Of a stretch of DNA of 64,000 bases, positions 14,120 through 27,066 are shown piece after piece. How positions within the stretch are numbered: the first letter of the stretch is position 1; every line of letters begins with the position of its first letter. The stretch comes from Mobula hypostoma (Eukaryota): contig NC_086097.1 in the NCBI RefSeq assembly GCF_963921235.1, positions 131,938,001-132,002,000 on the forward strand, written 5' to 3'. Made by a program: the position numbers and the translations under genes. Under the pieces are notes generated by a model. The model was given only the letters and a program-made list of their open reading frames with translations, was not told where the DNA came from and did no database searches.

Positions 14120-14741
14120 TGAGGGGTGATCGATAAGTTCATGACCTAAGGTAGACGGAGTCAATTTTAGAAAACCTAGCACATTTATTTTTCCTACATT
14201 GACAAACTTAGTCCAGCGGTCATGCAGCATACGGACACCTTCTTTGTAGAAGTTGGCGTCTTGGCCTTCCAGAAATGGTCCACAGCCGGGGTGATTGATA
14301 AGTTTGTGGCCTAGAGTAGAAGGAGATGAGGAGAAACTTCAAACTTTCTGCATTTTCAGACAAAGAGTTGAACTATACGTGCATATAATGAGAACTGTAT
14401 AACTCATCTCCTTCTACTTTAGGCCATAAACTTATCAATCACCCTTGTTGTGGACCACCTGAAGGTCCAGGATGCTCTCGTTACATGCACGTGCAGTTCA
14501 ACTCTTTGAGTGATTATGCAGAAAGTTTGAAGTTAATAACTCATCTCCTTCTGTCTTAGGCCACAAACTTATCAATCACCCCTGTTGAGGACCACTTCTA
14601 CAAAGAAGGGATCCGTATGCTCCACGATCGCTGGACTAAGTGTGTACATGTAGGAGGGGACTATGTTGAAAAATAAATGTGCTCGGTTTTCTAAAATTGA
14701 CTCCTTCTACCTTAGGCCACAAACTTATCAATCACCCCTCG
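14120..14741. mobile_element. Mariner-derived non-autonomous element with TA TSD and five TIR copies
   Basis: TA|(C>T)GAGGGGTGAT..ATCACCCCTCG|TA termini. 14590-14676 encodes DHFYKEGIRMLHDRWTKCVHVGGDYVEK*, the mariner transposase C-terminus. Confidence 0.9.
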
Positions 14742-14884
14742 TATACTAATCCATTTATTGGTTGATGATCTACTGCTGAAAAAATGTTGGACTATGATAC
14801 CTTGAAGATATGAGGATCAATCCACTGTTTGATCATGTATCATTGGCCTTATAGACATGAGGTGATCTAAATTCAATGTTTTTA

Positions 14885-15550
14885 CTCTGCAGTTGTACAA
14901 AATATTGGTAAGGCTGCACTTAGAATACAGTGTTCAGTTTTGGTCACCCTGTCAATAGAAAGATGCCATTAAGCTAGAAAGAGTGCAAAGAAGATTGATG
15001 AAGATGTTGCCAGGACTCGAGATATCGAGTTATAGAAAGGGGTTGAGCAGCCTGGACTTTATTCATTTGAACATAGGAGAGTGAAGTATGATTTTATTGT
15101 GGTATATAAAGTCATGAGGGGTATGGATAGGCTGAATACATTCATTCTTTTCCCAGGTGTAAGCAATCAAAAACTAAAGGGCATAGGTTTAAGGTGATAA
15201 GGGAACGATTTAACTGGAACCGGAGGGGCAACATTTTCACCTAGACACAAGGTTTCCCAGCCTAGGGTCCATGAATCCCTTGCTTAATGGTATTGGTTCA
15301 TGGCATAAAAAAAGGTTGGAAAGCCTTGACTGAGAGGGTGGTCCGTATGTGAAATGAGATGCCTGAGGAAGAGGTTGAGGCAGATACATTAAGAGTATTT
15401 GAAAGACTTTGAACAGGTAAATAGATAACAATGTTTGAGAGAGGTATGGACCAAGCATGGGCAAATGGGTTTATCTTAGCTGGGCATCATGATCAGCATG
15501 GATTAATTAGGCCATAGGGCTTTACTCATGCTATATGACGCTATGATTCT
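14885..15550 (+). mobile_element. CR1 3' fragment interrupted by a hAT MITE
   Basis: LQLYKILVRLHLEYSVQFWSP remnant and CTATGA tail. Confidence 0.7.
15248..15328. mobile_element. ~80-bp hAT-type MITE, copy 1
   Basis: CAAGGTTTCCCAGCCT..AGGTTGGAAAGCCTTG TIRs. Homologous to 46182-46261 in the opposite orientation. Confidence 0.7.
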
Positions 15551-15565
15551 GTGTTATCCGGAGTA

Positions 15566-15870
15566 AAGTAAAGGCATCCGTTAGTCTTGCGAGACCATGG
15601 ATCTGCGCCTGGCAAATCTTCACTCTCCAGGGCGCAGGCCTGGGCAAGGTTGTATGGAAGACAGGCAGTTGCCCATGCTGCAAGTTTCCTCACTCCACGG
15701 CACCGATGTTGTCCAAGGGAAGGGCATTAGGACCCATACAGCTTGGCACCAGTGTTGTCGCAGAGCACTGTGTGATTAAGTGCCTTGCTCAAGGACACAA
15801 CATGCTGCTTCGGCTGGGGCTCGAACTCACGACCTTCAGATCGCCAGTCGAGCACCTTAACCACTTGGCC
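15566..15870 (-). mobile_element. tRNA-derived SINE with RTE-like tail
   Basis: Minus strand has A-box GGCCAAGTGG and B-box GTTCGAGCC, a GTGTCCTTGAGCAAGGCACTTAA core-like block and a CCATGGTCTCGC tail. 8-bp TSD CCGGAGTA at 15558-15565 and 15869-15876. Confidence 0.8.
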
Positions 15871-16756
15871 GGAGTAGATCATATCAAACATAGCTTCCTG
15901 GTGAAATTACAGTGGATGTGAAATTAGGCTTGAATATTCGAGTGCACTCTATATGTTTGCATGTCTGATGACTTCTTGGGAATGTCATCGTGTCAATAAT
16001 GTGTTTGCATCTCGCTGAGTTTGCAGGCTTCAGGCAGACAGGTTAAAATGGACTCTATTGGTGAAAGGATATTCCAAAGGAGCCGACAAATTTAAACTCC
16101 TCACTGCAAACAGAGTGAATCACTCCTCACCTTAACCCTTAGCACTAATATAGTACACAAATAACCAGTGGGTGACACATAAAATCTTCTCACATCCTGC
16201 TGTGTAGCTCTGAATATATAAGTAAACGAATCCCTGCTCCGAGAACTTTAACTGTGCACCACAACATTTCGTGCTGGGTGGCACCACCTTTAAAGTATTC
16301 ACTGCCTTACAAAAATATACTTTCCTGTGAGGATCTCCACTCTGCTGATGGGCATGATACCTTGATGCTTAATGTGAGACAATTAAATTCCTTTGCACAT
16401 GGCCCCATTGTGGAAGAGGCATCTGCCATCACTAAAGACATGACTCCTCTATGGTTGCCCGAGTGACCTTCCTTTTTCCCTGTGCTCATGAGACCCTTTG
16501 GGTCCGTACATGAACGTCTGAGTAATTTTGAAACTGTCTCCCTCTTCCCACCAGTCTCTCTCTCCATTTTAATGAAAAATGACCCTTAAAAACATATTGC
16601 CCATGGCAATTAAATATCCGTTCATTAAAACTTATCCAACTAACTCACTTATTCAATCATATTTCAAACCTTACAACTAACATCAATTTAAGTGCATTCC
16701 CATCACTTTTTCCCAACTGCGTATTTATTCACAGGGAAGAATGTTGCAAATGACTG

Positions 16757-16900
16757 TGGGTGGCTTTGTGACACAAGTAGTAGAGCTGCTGCCTCACAGT
16801 GCCAGAGGTCCAGGTTCAAACCTGACCTTGGGGGCTGTCTGTCTGAAAATTGCACATTCTCCTTGGAAATGTGTAGGTTTTCCTTTGCACGTTCCAATTT
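16757..16900 (+). mobile_element. V-SINE (HE1-like) 5' part
   Basis: GCTGCCTCACAGTGCCAGAG..CAGGTTCAAACC tRNA-like head and start of the V-domain. Confidence 0.65.
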
Positions 16901-16914
16901 CTTTGTCATGATAA

Positions 16915-18975
16915 AGGCAGACATATCGGTACATTTAGGCCCTTCTAGTCGATGCTGAGCTATCTAAACTGCTTAGTCCCATCAACCTGCACCCGGGCCG
17001 TAGCCCTCCATTCCCCTGCCATCCATGTACCTATCCAAACTTCTCTTAAACTTTGAAATCGAGCTTGCATGCAACATTTGGGCTGGCAACTCATTCCACA
17101 CTCTCACAACCCTCTGAGTGAAGAAGTTTTCCCTCAAGTTCCCTTAAAGTTTTTACCTTTCACCCTGAACCCATTACCTCTAGTTGTAGTTCCACCCAAC
17201 CCCATGGAAAAAGCCTCCTTACATTTACCCTATCTATATCCCTCATAATTTTGTATACCTCCATCAAATCTCCCATCAATCTTCCACGTTTCAAGGAATA
17301 AAGTCCAAACCTATTCAACCTTTCCTTATAACTAAGGTCCTCCAGTCAGACAACATCCTTGTAAATTTTCCGTGTACTCTTTCAACCTCATTTATATCTT
17401 TCTTATAGGTAGGTGAGCAAAGTTTTACACAATGCTCCACCTTAGGTCTCACTAATATCTTATGCAACTTCAACATAACATCCCATCTCCTGTACTAAAT
17501 ACTTTGGTTTATGAAAGCCAGTATGTCAAAAGCTTTCCTTACAACCCTATCTACCTACACTTCCAATGAATTATGGACCTGTATTCCCAAATCCCTTTGT
17601 CCTACCGCACTCTTCAGTGTCCTATCATTCACTGTGTAGACCTATCCTGGTTGGTCCTACGGAAGTGCAACACCTTGCACTTGTCTGCAATAACTTTATC
17701 TGCCATTTTTCAGCACATTTTTTCAGCTGGTCCAGATCCCTCTGCAAGCTCTGATAGCCTTCCTCACTGTCCACTACACCCCCAGTCTTGGTGTCATCTG
17801 CAAATTTGCTGATCCAGTTGGCCACATTATCATCCAAATCATTGACATAGATGACAAACAACAATGGACCCACCACTGGTCCATGCAGCATACCACTATT
17901 CAGAGGCATCCAGTCAGAGAGGCAAACATTCTCTTTCATCTTCCACAAAGCCAATGTCTAATCAAATTTACTACTTCATTATGCATGCCAAACGACTGAA
18001 CCTTCTCCATCAACAGAAAGTCGCAAAGCAAGGAACGCTAAAGAACCCACTTAAAAAAATAAGACCAACCCCTCAGTGCCCACAGAGAAAGGGAAAAAAT
18101 ACTAAACAAATCATGCAAACAATAACAGCAAGCAACAACAACAGCATTCTGAACCAAATTCTCGGAGCAGCTCAGAGCAGATCCATACCCTCGGTATTCA
18201 GTTCATCATATTAGCGGGGCAAGTCATGGCAAAGTTCACAGACACATAGCATGGCAGCTGGAGGCAATCTCACACCCGTAGCGTTGCGGAGAGAGGAGTC
18301 CCTAGGCTATCTGGGCTGGCATTTAAATTGTCCGAACTGTGGTGAATCACTGTAGGGCCTGGATTTCAATGCCGGAGAAGCTGTTCTTTCCAAATTGGAT
18401 CAGTGCTTAGGATGATCCAACCTCGCCCGACTCTCGACACCCTGCTTTTCCAGTGTATCTGGAAAAGTCCATGCGGACAACATCCATTGCCTTGCCTTTA
18501 TCAATTTTCCTAGTAACTTCCTGAAAAAAAACACTATGAGATTGGTTAGACATGACGTACCATATTCAAAGCCATGTTGACTATCCAATAGTTACATATC
18601 TGGTCCCTTAGAATACCTTCCAATAACTTTTCCACTACCAATATCAGGCTCACCGGCCTTGAATTTCCTGGTTTATTTTTACAGCCTTTCTTAAACAGTG
18701 GAACAACATTAGCTATCCTCCAATCCTCCAGTACCTCACCTGTCCTTAAGGATGATTTAAATATCTCTGCTAGGGCGCCTGCAATTTCTACACTTGTCAC
18801 CCACAGGGTCCAAGAGAGCACTGTGTCAGGCCCTGGGGCTTTATTCACCCTAATTTGCCTTAAGTCAGCAAATACCTCCTCCTTTTTAATCTGTATAGTG
18901 TCCATGAATTTGATGTTACTTTGCTTCACTTTGATAGATTCTGTGTCTGTCCCTTGAGTAAATATAGATGCAAAA
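16915..18975 (-). mobile_element. CR1 LINE (RT to 3' end), disrupted, with a ~450-bp insert at about 18010-18460
   Basis: KAPGPD..EDWRIANVVPLFKKG..RPVSL, SQHGF..SCLTNLI and [22 protein letters not shown] are collinear across the insert. Confidence 0.85.
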
Positions 18976-19039
18976 ATTGTTACTCTGGATCTGATGCAGC
19001 ACAAAAAAACACAGTAAGATAAGGAACGAAATAATAAAA

Positions 19040-19790
19040 AGACACAATAAATATATGGCCCTTCATGGTTATATCATATACCAACAGAGCAGAATCCAGC
19101 CATCCATTTCTGATTGTACAAGGAGCAGAGGAGGGGTTCTATAGACACAACCTTGTGAACCGTTGAGAATAATCATGGCGGAGGTGTTGCTGCCAATCCT
19201 TACTGATTGCGGTCTGTTGGCCAGGAAGTCAACAATCCAATTTCAGAGAGATGCATTAACTCTGGGGTCCAGAATTTGGTGGTCAGTTTGTTTGGATTTG
19301 TAATACTAAAAGGTAGAGTTGTGGTCAATAAACAATAGCTTAATGTGGATGTCTACTGCCCAAATGCTCCAAAGATAAGCATAAGCTAGGGAGATTGTGT
19401 CCACTGTAGACTTGATTGAGTAGTAGGCGAATTGCAATGGGTGAATGTTGTCTGGAAGGCTGGAGTTGATGTATGCCTTTACCAGACTTTCAAAGCACTT
19501 CATGATGATGGATACCAAAGCCACTGGGCAGTAGTCATTTAGGCATGTTGGTTTGTTTTTCTAGGTGCTAGGATGATAGTGGTTTTCTTAAATCAAGTGG
19601 GAATTTCAAATTGAAGCAGGAAAAGGTTAAGGATGTCTGCAAATACCCCCACCAGTTGATCTGCACAGGATCTAAGAACACAGTCAGAGACACCATCTGG
19701 ATCAAATGCTTTCCATGAGGTCAGTCTGTGGAAGAATGATCTTATGTACACAATGGTGACTATGAGTTCAGGTGTATTGGAGATCTTCAG
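19040..19790 (-). mobile_element. Rex1-type LINE RT fragment
   Basis: KAFDPDGV..VLRSCADQLVGVFADILNL and PVALVSIIMKCFESLV..PLQFAY..LLFID. Confidence 0.8.
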
Positions 19791-19888
19791 AGGGTCATAA
19801 TATCCCAATCCTCTTCTGTTCAAAACATATTCTCTATGATACACTAAGCTCCATGAGAAGGGATATGCTGCAGTTCGTGATGTTGCCT

Positions 19889-20421
19889 GTCTGTCTGTCT
19901 AGGTACCATATCCGATGCGGACTTTAGTGACCATGGTTTTCCATATAGATCTATCCTTCGTTTTTTGGATGACTTCCATTTCCTCGATGTGTAGCCACCT
20001 GGCTACGCTTTTGATCTACATAAGCCGAGGTCTTCCTCTAGGTTTGCTCCCCTCAATCTTTCCAGAGAGTATGAGTTTTTCTAGTTCATCTTTCCACATG
20101 ATGTGTCCTAGGAATCTGAGTTGTCTTTCTCTTATTGTTGGTATAAGTGATCGAACTACTTGGGCTTTTCTGAGAACTTCTTCATTTGATGTGTGTGTGT
20201 GGTCCATGATATTTTTAACATTCTCCTGTAGAACCATAATTCAGCTGCTTCTAGTCTCTTTTCCATTGCTGGAGAAATGGTCCAGCATTCACTTCCACAA
20301 GTCAGGATAGAAAAAATGTAGCACTGCAGTGTTCTGTCTACGTGCTCATCTTTCTGTCTGTTAATATGGTCTTCAGTTTTTGGAAAGCTTCTTTCACCAT
20401 TGTTGTTCTGTATTTGATATC
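19889..20421 (-). mobile_element. RTE-clade LINE 3' end with 11-bp TSD
   Basis: SNEEVLRKA..IRERQLRFLGHIM..GKIEGSKPRGRPR and a (CAGA)n tail. TGATGTTGCCT at 19878-19888 and 20422-20432. Confidence 0.9.
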
Positions 20422-21191
20422 TGATGTTGCCTAACTTTGTTTATTAGCCCGTTATCAAATATAATCCCTGCCATAACTAATGATTGGTCTGGGACTCAGT
20501 CATAACTTCCTCATTTCTCTTCTAATTGTGACGAGGGAACTTTTTTGCACAATTGAGAGGACAGTTTGAGGTTCTTGGAGATCGCAGCACTCCCTCAGTA
20601 GTACATTACAAGTTTCTGTCCAGATCTTCTGATACTTAATTAGGCTGATTATTCTTCTGCCGTGGTCCTTGAGCAGCGATGCATACCTTGTGGTCACTAA
20701 TTGCTTGACATTTAAGTGCTAACAGAGCTTCAAATAAATAAGCAAATGCACCTTTTTAATATCAGTAATTATACTGTGAGAGCCTGGGAAATATCAACAA
20801 GAGACTACAGACAACTAAGACAACCAATTAGGCATTTTGGTGTCTATAATGACTTAACGTGTATGAAAGTTCCTTGAATAACAATTAAGCCCTGTGACAT
20901 GTTGCACAGGGAGTACATGAATGACCGGTAATTAACTACACAATGAGACAAAACACCTGTATTAATCTCAACTCCAAACCCCAGTGAGGGTTTACATTAA
21001 AATTTAGGGTTGCAAGAAACATTTCAAACATGAGCAAAAATTAAATGGTTTGAAACTTCAGCTATGAGGAGAAAAGAGCTGTGGAAATAGGGAAGAAAAA
21101 TATAAGACCAGCCATAATCTTTTTGAATACTGTCAACTTCAGGAATTTCAACATGAAAGTCAAATTTATTGTGATTTACACACATAGGGTA

Positions 21192-21733
21192 CACTTAGTG
21201 GCCACTTTATTAGGTACTTCTGGTACATGGTCTTCTGCTGCTGTAGTCCATTTATCCCAAGGTTTGATGTGTTGAGCATTCAGAGATGTTTTTCTGCACA
21301 GCATTATTTTAATTTATGGTCAATTGAGTTACTGTCACCATGCTGTCAGCTTCAACCAATCTGGCCATTCTTCTCAGACCTCTCGTTAACAAGGTGTTTT
21401 CACCCACAGAACTGCTACTCACTGTATGGTTTTTGGGTTTTTTTTTTGCACCATTCTCTGTAAACTCGAGAGACTGTTGTGTTTGAAAATCCCAGTTAAT
21501 CAACAGTTTCTGAGATACTCAAACCACTCTGTCTGGCACCAACAATCATTCCACGGTCTAAGTCACTTACATTAAATGTTTTCCCTATGCTGATGTTTGG
21601 TCTGAACAACAACCGAACCTCTTGATCATATCTGCATGCTTTTATGCATTGAGTTGCGACTACGTGATTGGCTGATGAGATTTGTATTAATGAGCAGGTG
21701 TTCAGGTGTACCTAATAAAGTGGCCACCGATTG
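21192..21733 (-). mobile_element. Tc1-family internal-deletion derivative
   Basis: TA|CACTTAGTGGCCACTTTATTAGGTAC..GTACCTAATAAAGTGGCCACCGATTG|TA. Minus-strand transposase remnant RGLRRMARLVEADSMVTVTQ. Confidence 0.88.
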
Positions 21734-21779
21734 TATGGAGTCTTCAATACGCAGGATCTAACAAATCTGCAGAGGGTTA

Positions 21780-24480
21780 GAAACATAGTACCATAGAAAT
21801 CTACAGTGCATTACAAGCTCTTTGGCACAAAATGTTGTGCTGATCATGAAACGCTAGAAACTGCCTAGAATTTCCCTACTGCACAGCCCTCCATTTTTCA
21901 TGTAGCTATCCAAGAGTTTCTTAAAAGATCCTACTGTACCCGCCTCTATCACTTTCACTGACAGCGCATTCCATGTACCCACCACGCTCTGTGTGAAAAA
22001 CTTACCTCTGTCATCCCAAAAGTTCTGAACTTAAAGAGGGGAAACTTTGAAGGTATGAGACGTGAATTAGCGAAGATAGACTGGCAAATGACACTTAAAG
22101 GATTGACGGTGGATATGCAATGGCAAGCATTTAAAGGGTGCATGGATGAACTACAACAATTGTTCATCCCAGTTTGGCAAAAGAATAAATCAAGGAAGGT
22201 AGTGCACCCGTGGCTGACAAGAGAAATTAGGGATAGTATCAATTCCAAAGAAGAAGCATACAAATTAGCCAGAGAAAGTGGCTCACCTGAGGACTGGGAG
22301 AAATTCAGAGTTCAGCAGAGGAGGACAAAGGGCTTAATTAGGAAGGGGAAAAAAGATTATGAGAGAAAACTGGCAGGGAACATAAAAACTGACTGTAAAA
22401 GCTTTTATAGATATGTAAAAAGGAGAAGACTGGTAAAGACAAATGTAGGTCCCCTACAGACAGAAACAGGTGAATTGATTATGGGGAGCAAGGACATGGC
22501 AGACCAATTGAATATTACTTTGGTTCTGTCTTCACTAAGGAGGACATAAATAATCTTCCAGAAATAGTAGGGGACAGAGGGTCCAGTGAGATGGAGGAAC
22601 TGAGCGAAATGCTTGTTAGTAGGGAAGTGGTGTTAGGTAAATTGAAGGGATTGAAGGCAGATAAATCCCCAGGGCCAGATAATCTGCATCCTAGAGTGCT
22701 TAAGGAAGTAGCCCAAGAAATAATGGATGCATTAGTGATAATTTTTCAAAACTCGTTAGATTCTGGACTAGTTCCTGAGGATTGGAGGGTGGCTAATGTA
22801 ACCCCACTTTTTAAAAAAGGAGGGAGAGAGAAACCGGGGAATTATAGACCGGTTAGCCTAACGTCGGTGGTGGGGAAACTGCTGGAGTCAGTTATCAAAG
22901 ATGTGATAACAACACATTTGGAAAGCGGTGAAATCATCGGACAAAGTCAGCATGGATTTGTGAAAGGAAAATCATGTCTGACGAATCTCATAGAAGTTTT
23001 TGAGGATGTAACTAGTAGAGTGGATAGGGGAGAACCAGTGGATGTGGTATATTTGGATTTTCAAAAGGCTTTTGACAAGGTCCCACACGGGAGATTAGTG
23101 GGCAAACTTAAAGCACAAGGTATTGGGGGTAAGGTATTGATGTGGATAGAGAATTGGTTAGCAGACAGGAAGCAAAGAGTGGGAATAAAGGGGACCTTTT
23201 CAGAATGGCAGGCGGTGACTAGTGGGGTACCGCAAGGCTCAGTGCTGGGACCCCAGTTGTTTACAATATATATTAATGACTTGGATGAGGGAATTAAATG
23301 CAGCATCTCCAAGTTTGCGGATGACACGAAGCTGGGTGGCAGTGTTAGCTGTGAGGAGGATGCAGGGTGACTTGGATAGGTTGGGTGAGTGGGCAAATTC
23401 ATGGCAGATGCAATTTAATGTGGATAAATGTGAAGTTATCCACTTTGGTGGCAAAAATAGGAAAACAGATTATTATCTGAATGGTGGCCGATTAGGAAAA
23501 GGGGAGGTGCAACGAGACCTGGGTGTCATTATACACCAGTCATTGAAAGTGGGCATGCGGGTACAGCAGGCGGTGAAAAAGGCGAATGGTATGCTGGCAT
23601 TTATAGCAAGAGGATTCGAGTACAGGAGCAGGGAGGTACTACTGCAGTTGTACAAGGCCTTGGTGAGACCACACCTGGAGTATTGTGTGCAGTTTTGGTC
23701 CCCTAATCTGAGGAAAGACATCCTTCCATAGAGGGAGTACAAAGAAGGTTCACCAGATTGATTCCTGGGATGGCAAGACTTTCATATGAAGAAAGACTGG
23801 ATGAACTGGGCTTGTACTCGTTGGCATTTAGAAGATTGAGGGGGGATCTGATTGAAACGTACAAAATCCTAAAGGGATTGGACAGGCTAGATGCAGGAAG
23901 ATTGTTCCCGATGTTGGGGAAGTCCAGAACAAGGGGTCACAGTTTGAGGATAAAGGGGAAGCCTTTTAGGACTGAGATTAGGAAAAACTTCCTCACACAG
24001 AGTGGTGAATATGTGGAATTCTCTGCCACAGGAAACAGTTGAGGCCAGTTCATTGGCTATATTTAAGAGGGAGTTAGATATGGCCCTTGTGGCTATGGGG
24101 ATCAGGGGATATGGAGGGAAGGCTGGTGCAGGGTTCTGAGTTGGATGATCAGCCATGATCATAATAAATGGCGGTGCAGGCTTGAAGGGCTGAATGGCCT
24201 ACTCCTGCACCTATTTTCTATGTTTCTATGTTTCTACCCCCTTTCTACCTACTTCCACGCACCTTAAAACTGTGCCTCCTTGTGATAACCACTTCAGCTC
24301 TGGGAAAAAGTCTCTGGCTATCCACATGATTAATGCCTCTCATCATCTTATACACCTCTATCAGGTCACCTGTCACCTTCTGTCACTCCAAGGAGGAAAA
24401 GCCATGTTCACTCAACCTATTCTCGTAAGGCATGTTCTCCAATCCAAGCAACATCCTTGTAAATCTCCTCTGCACTCTCT
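21780..24480 (-). mobile_element. Old CR1 3' fragment split by the younger CR1 at 22018-24236
   Basis: AAAAACTTACCTCTGTCATCCC at the left resumes as CCCC..CACCTTAAAACTGTGCC at the right. Confidence 0.65.
22018..24236 (+). mobile_element. Young 5'-truncated CR1 LINE (ORF2 RT plus 3' UTR) with a few frameshifts
   Basis: [56 protein letters not shown] and KFADDTK motifs. (TTTCTATG)n tail. Frameshifts near 22513, 23362, 23725 and 23998. Confidence 0.95.
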
Positions 24481-24499
24481 TTCTGTAGTAACCACAGTT

Positions 24500-24880
24500 G
24501 TAGTCTCAGTCAGCTCCTTTGGAGACATAAACCTTCTCAACACTGAGTATATCCTCGTATGGAGGTACCTTTAAGGTGACGGCATCTGTAATTAAGGATC
24601 CTTACCATCTGAGACATGGTCTTTACTCATTACTACCACCAGGGAGGGGGCATGGGAGCAGAAAGCTGCACACTCAAAATTTTAGGAACAGCTTCTTTCT
24701 TCCTGCCTCAGATTTCTGAGCGGTCCAGAGAGCCATGAAGATTATTTTTCCTTTGAGTTATTTATTTAATTTATCTTTTATTGCAATTTATAGTATTTTT
24801 ATGTCATGCACTGTACTGCTGCCACAAAACAACAATTTTCAAGACATATGTCAATGATAATAAAGATGATTCTGATTCTG
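24500..24880 (+). mobile_element. Rex1-type 3' end
   Basis: IKDPYH..FRNSFF remnant and an AATAAA..(CTGATT)n tail. Confidence 0.6.
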
Positions 24881-25230
24881 TACATGTAGTGTATGCATAG
24901 AGGCAATGAAAAACGTACTTGCAGCAGTATACAGGCATCTAGCATCAGATAAGCAGCATTCACAAGAAAGACATATATTAAGCATAAATGAAACACAATG
25001 TTTACAAGAACATAATTAGGGACAAAGTTGTTTTCTTCTTATTCTTAACTTTAACTGAAATGCATTCCTTCCAGGGAAAATTCCATTAACAAAAAGAGTG
25101 GGAAAATTGGAGCCTGCTATCCAAAAGGACCTTGTGTTGCTGCTGGTAGGTTAGAAATTTGTCAATCTCTCAGACAAGATTTTGCCATTCAGGAGGTTAA
25201 GAGGGAGTAGAAAAATATTGCAAGGATGTC

Positions 25231-25855
25231 TTAGATTATGAAGACACACAGTCCTCTTTTATTGTCATTTAGTAATGCATGCATTAAGAAATGATACAAT
25301 ATTTCCTCCGGTGTGATATCACAAATCACAGGACAGACCAAGACTGAAAAAACTAACAAAACAACATAATTATAACATATAGTTACAACAGTGCAACAAT
25401 ACCATAACTTGATGAAGAACAGTCCATGGCACAGTAAAAAGTTCAAAATCTCTCAAATGTCCCACATCTCAAGCAGACGGGAGAAGGAAGAAAAACTCTC
25501 CCTGCCATGCCCGACCACAGTCCGATGCTGAGCTGTCTGAAAACTTCGAGCCTCCGATCAGCCCTCCGACACCGAGTACCGAGCACCATCTCTATCCTAA
25601 CAATTCGACCTCAATCTCGGTTGCCAGCAGCAGGCAAAGCCGGGGATTTTGAGGCCTTCCCTCCGGAAGATTCTCGATCGCGATGTAACAGCGGCAGCGA
25701 ACCTGTGTTTCAGAAATTTCTCCAGATGTTCCTCTGTGCTTTCACATCTGTCTCCATCAAATCAGAATTGTTCATGGCCCCTATTTAACGGATACGATAT
25801 CATTTTCACCAGAGGGCTGCGCAAGCACGGCGCGCTGCTATCTTCTCCTCCCGCC
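25231..25855 (-). mobile_element. Non-autonomous retro-element family A, copy 2
   Basis: Reverse complement of 58313-59004 from the GGCGGGAGGAGAAGAT head to the TAATCTAA tail. Confidence 0.85.
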
Positions 25856-25929
25856 CTGTTAGTCAGTGAGTCATAAAGTCATACAGAATGGTAAAAGGCC
25901 CTTTGGCCCAACTTCTTCAAGCTGACTGC

Positions 25930-27066
25930 CTGCCACATCTGCTCTCAGGATGAGGTTTTTCATTCCAGGCTAATGAGATGTCCTCCTTCTTCTAAGAAAG
26001 GGGCTTCCGTTCCTCCACCATCAATGCTACCCTCACCTGCATCTTTTCCATTTCATGCATGTCCGCCCTCATCCCATCCACCTACCGCCACACCAGTGAC
26101 AGGATTCCTCTTGTCCTCACCTACCACACCATTAGTCTTCGCATCCAGCACATAATTCTCCGTTACTTCCGCCATCTCCAACAGGATCCCACCACAAAGC
26201 ACATCTTTCCCTCCACACTCAATTTCCACTTTCCACAGGGATTGCTCCTTACATGACTCGCTTGTCTACTTGTCCCTCTCTACTGATCTCCCTTCTGGTA
26301 CCTACTCTTGCAAGCAAAACAAGTGCCTTACCTGCCCCCACACCTCCTCCATCACTATCATTCAGGGCCCCAAACAGTTTCCACCGATGAAGCGACTCTT
26401 CATATGTATGTCTGTTGGGGTCATCTATAGTATCTGGTGTGGCCTCCTGTATATCCAAGAGACCCGACATAGATTGGGAGACTGCTTCACTGAGCACCTA
26501 CGTTCCATCCAGAAAAAGCGGGATCTCCCAGTTCGATTCCACATCCCATTCCCATTCTGACATGTCAGTCCATGGCCTCCTCTATTGTTGTGATGAGGCC
26601 ATACTCAGGTTGGAGGAGCAACTCCTTACATTCCTTATATTCCTGGATAGTCTCCAACCTGATGGCATGTACATCAAATTTCTTGAATTTTCAGTAACTA
26701 TCCCCCAACCCTTCACCATTCCTCGTTTATGTCTCCCTCTCTCACATTTTCTGCCCATCACTTCCTTCTGGTTCTCCTCCTCTTTTCCTTTCTTCCATGG
26801 TCTTCTATCCTCTCCTATCAGATTCCCCCTCCTCCAGCCCTTTATCTCTTTCATCAATCAACTTCCCTGCTCTTAACTTCACCCCTCCCCTTCCCAGTTT
26901 CACCTATCACCTACCGCCTTGTACTTCTTCCTTCCCTCCCCCACTTTCTTACTCTAACATCTCATCTTTCTTTCCAGTCCCCATGAAGGGCCTCACCCAA
27001 AACGTAAACTGTTTACTCTTTTCCATAGATGCTGCCTGGCCCAATGAGTTCCTCCAGCATTTTGTG
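25930..27066 (+). mobile_element. Penelope-like element 3' half (RT thumb remnant, GIY-YIG endonuclease, terminal repeat)
   Basis: DRIPLVLTYH, then GTYSCKQNKCLTCPH..VIYSIWCGLLYIQETRHRLGDCFTEHLRSI..DLPV. Pyrimidine-rich tract and a degenerate hammerhead at about 26975-27011. Confidence 0.9.

Noticed and set aside
14120..14741. Repeated ~38-bp units as a CRISPR array
   Set aside because: The units occur in both orientations with irregular, mutually homologous spacers, and they are mariner TIRs. No cas genes are present.
15800..15870. tRNA gene
   Set aside because: A/B boxes are present, but the sequence continues into a SINE body and tail within a TSD, and there is no complete acceptor stem.
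22055..24042. Long RT ORFs as a functional gene or a retron/DGR-like system
   Set aside because: The motifs and tail are those of a 5'-truncated CR1 LINE with several frameshifts, in a eukaryotic context with no accessory genes.
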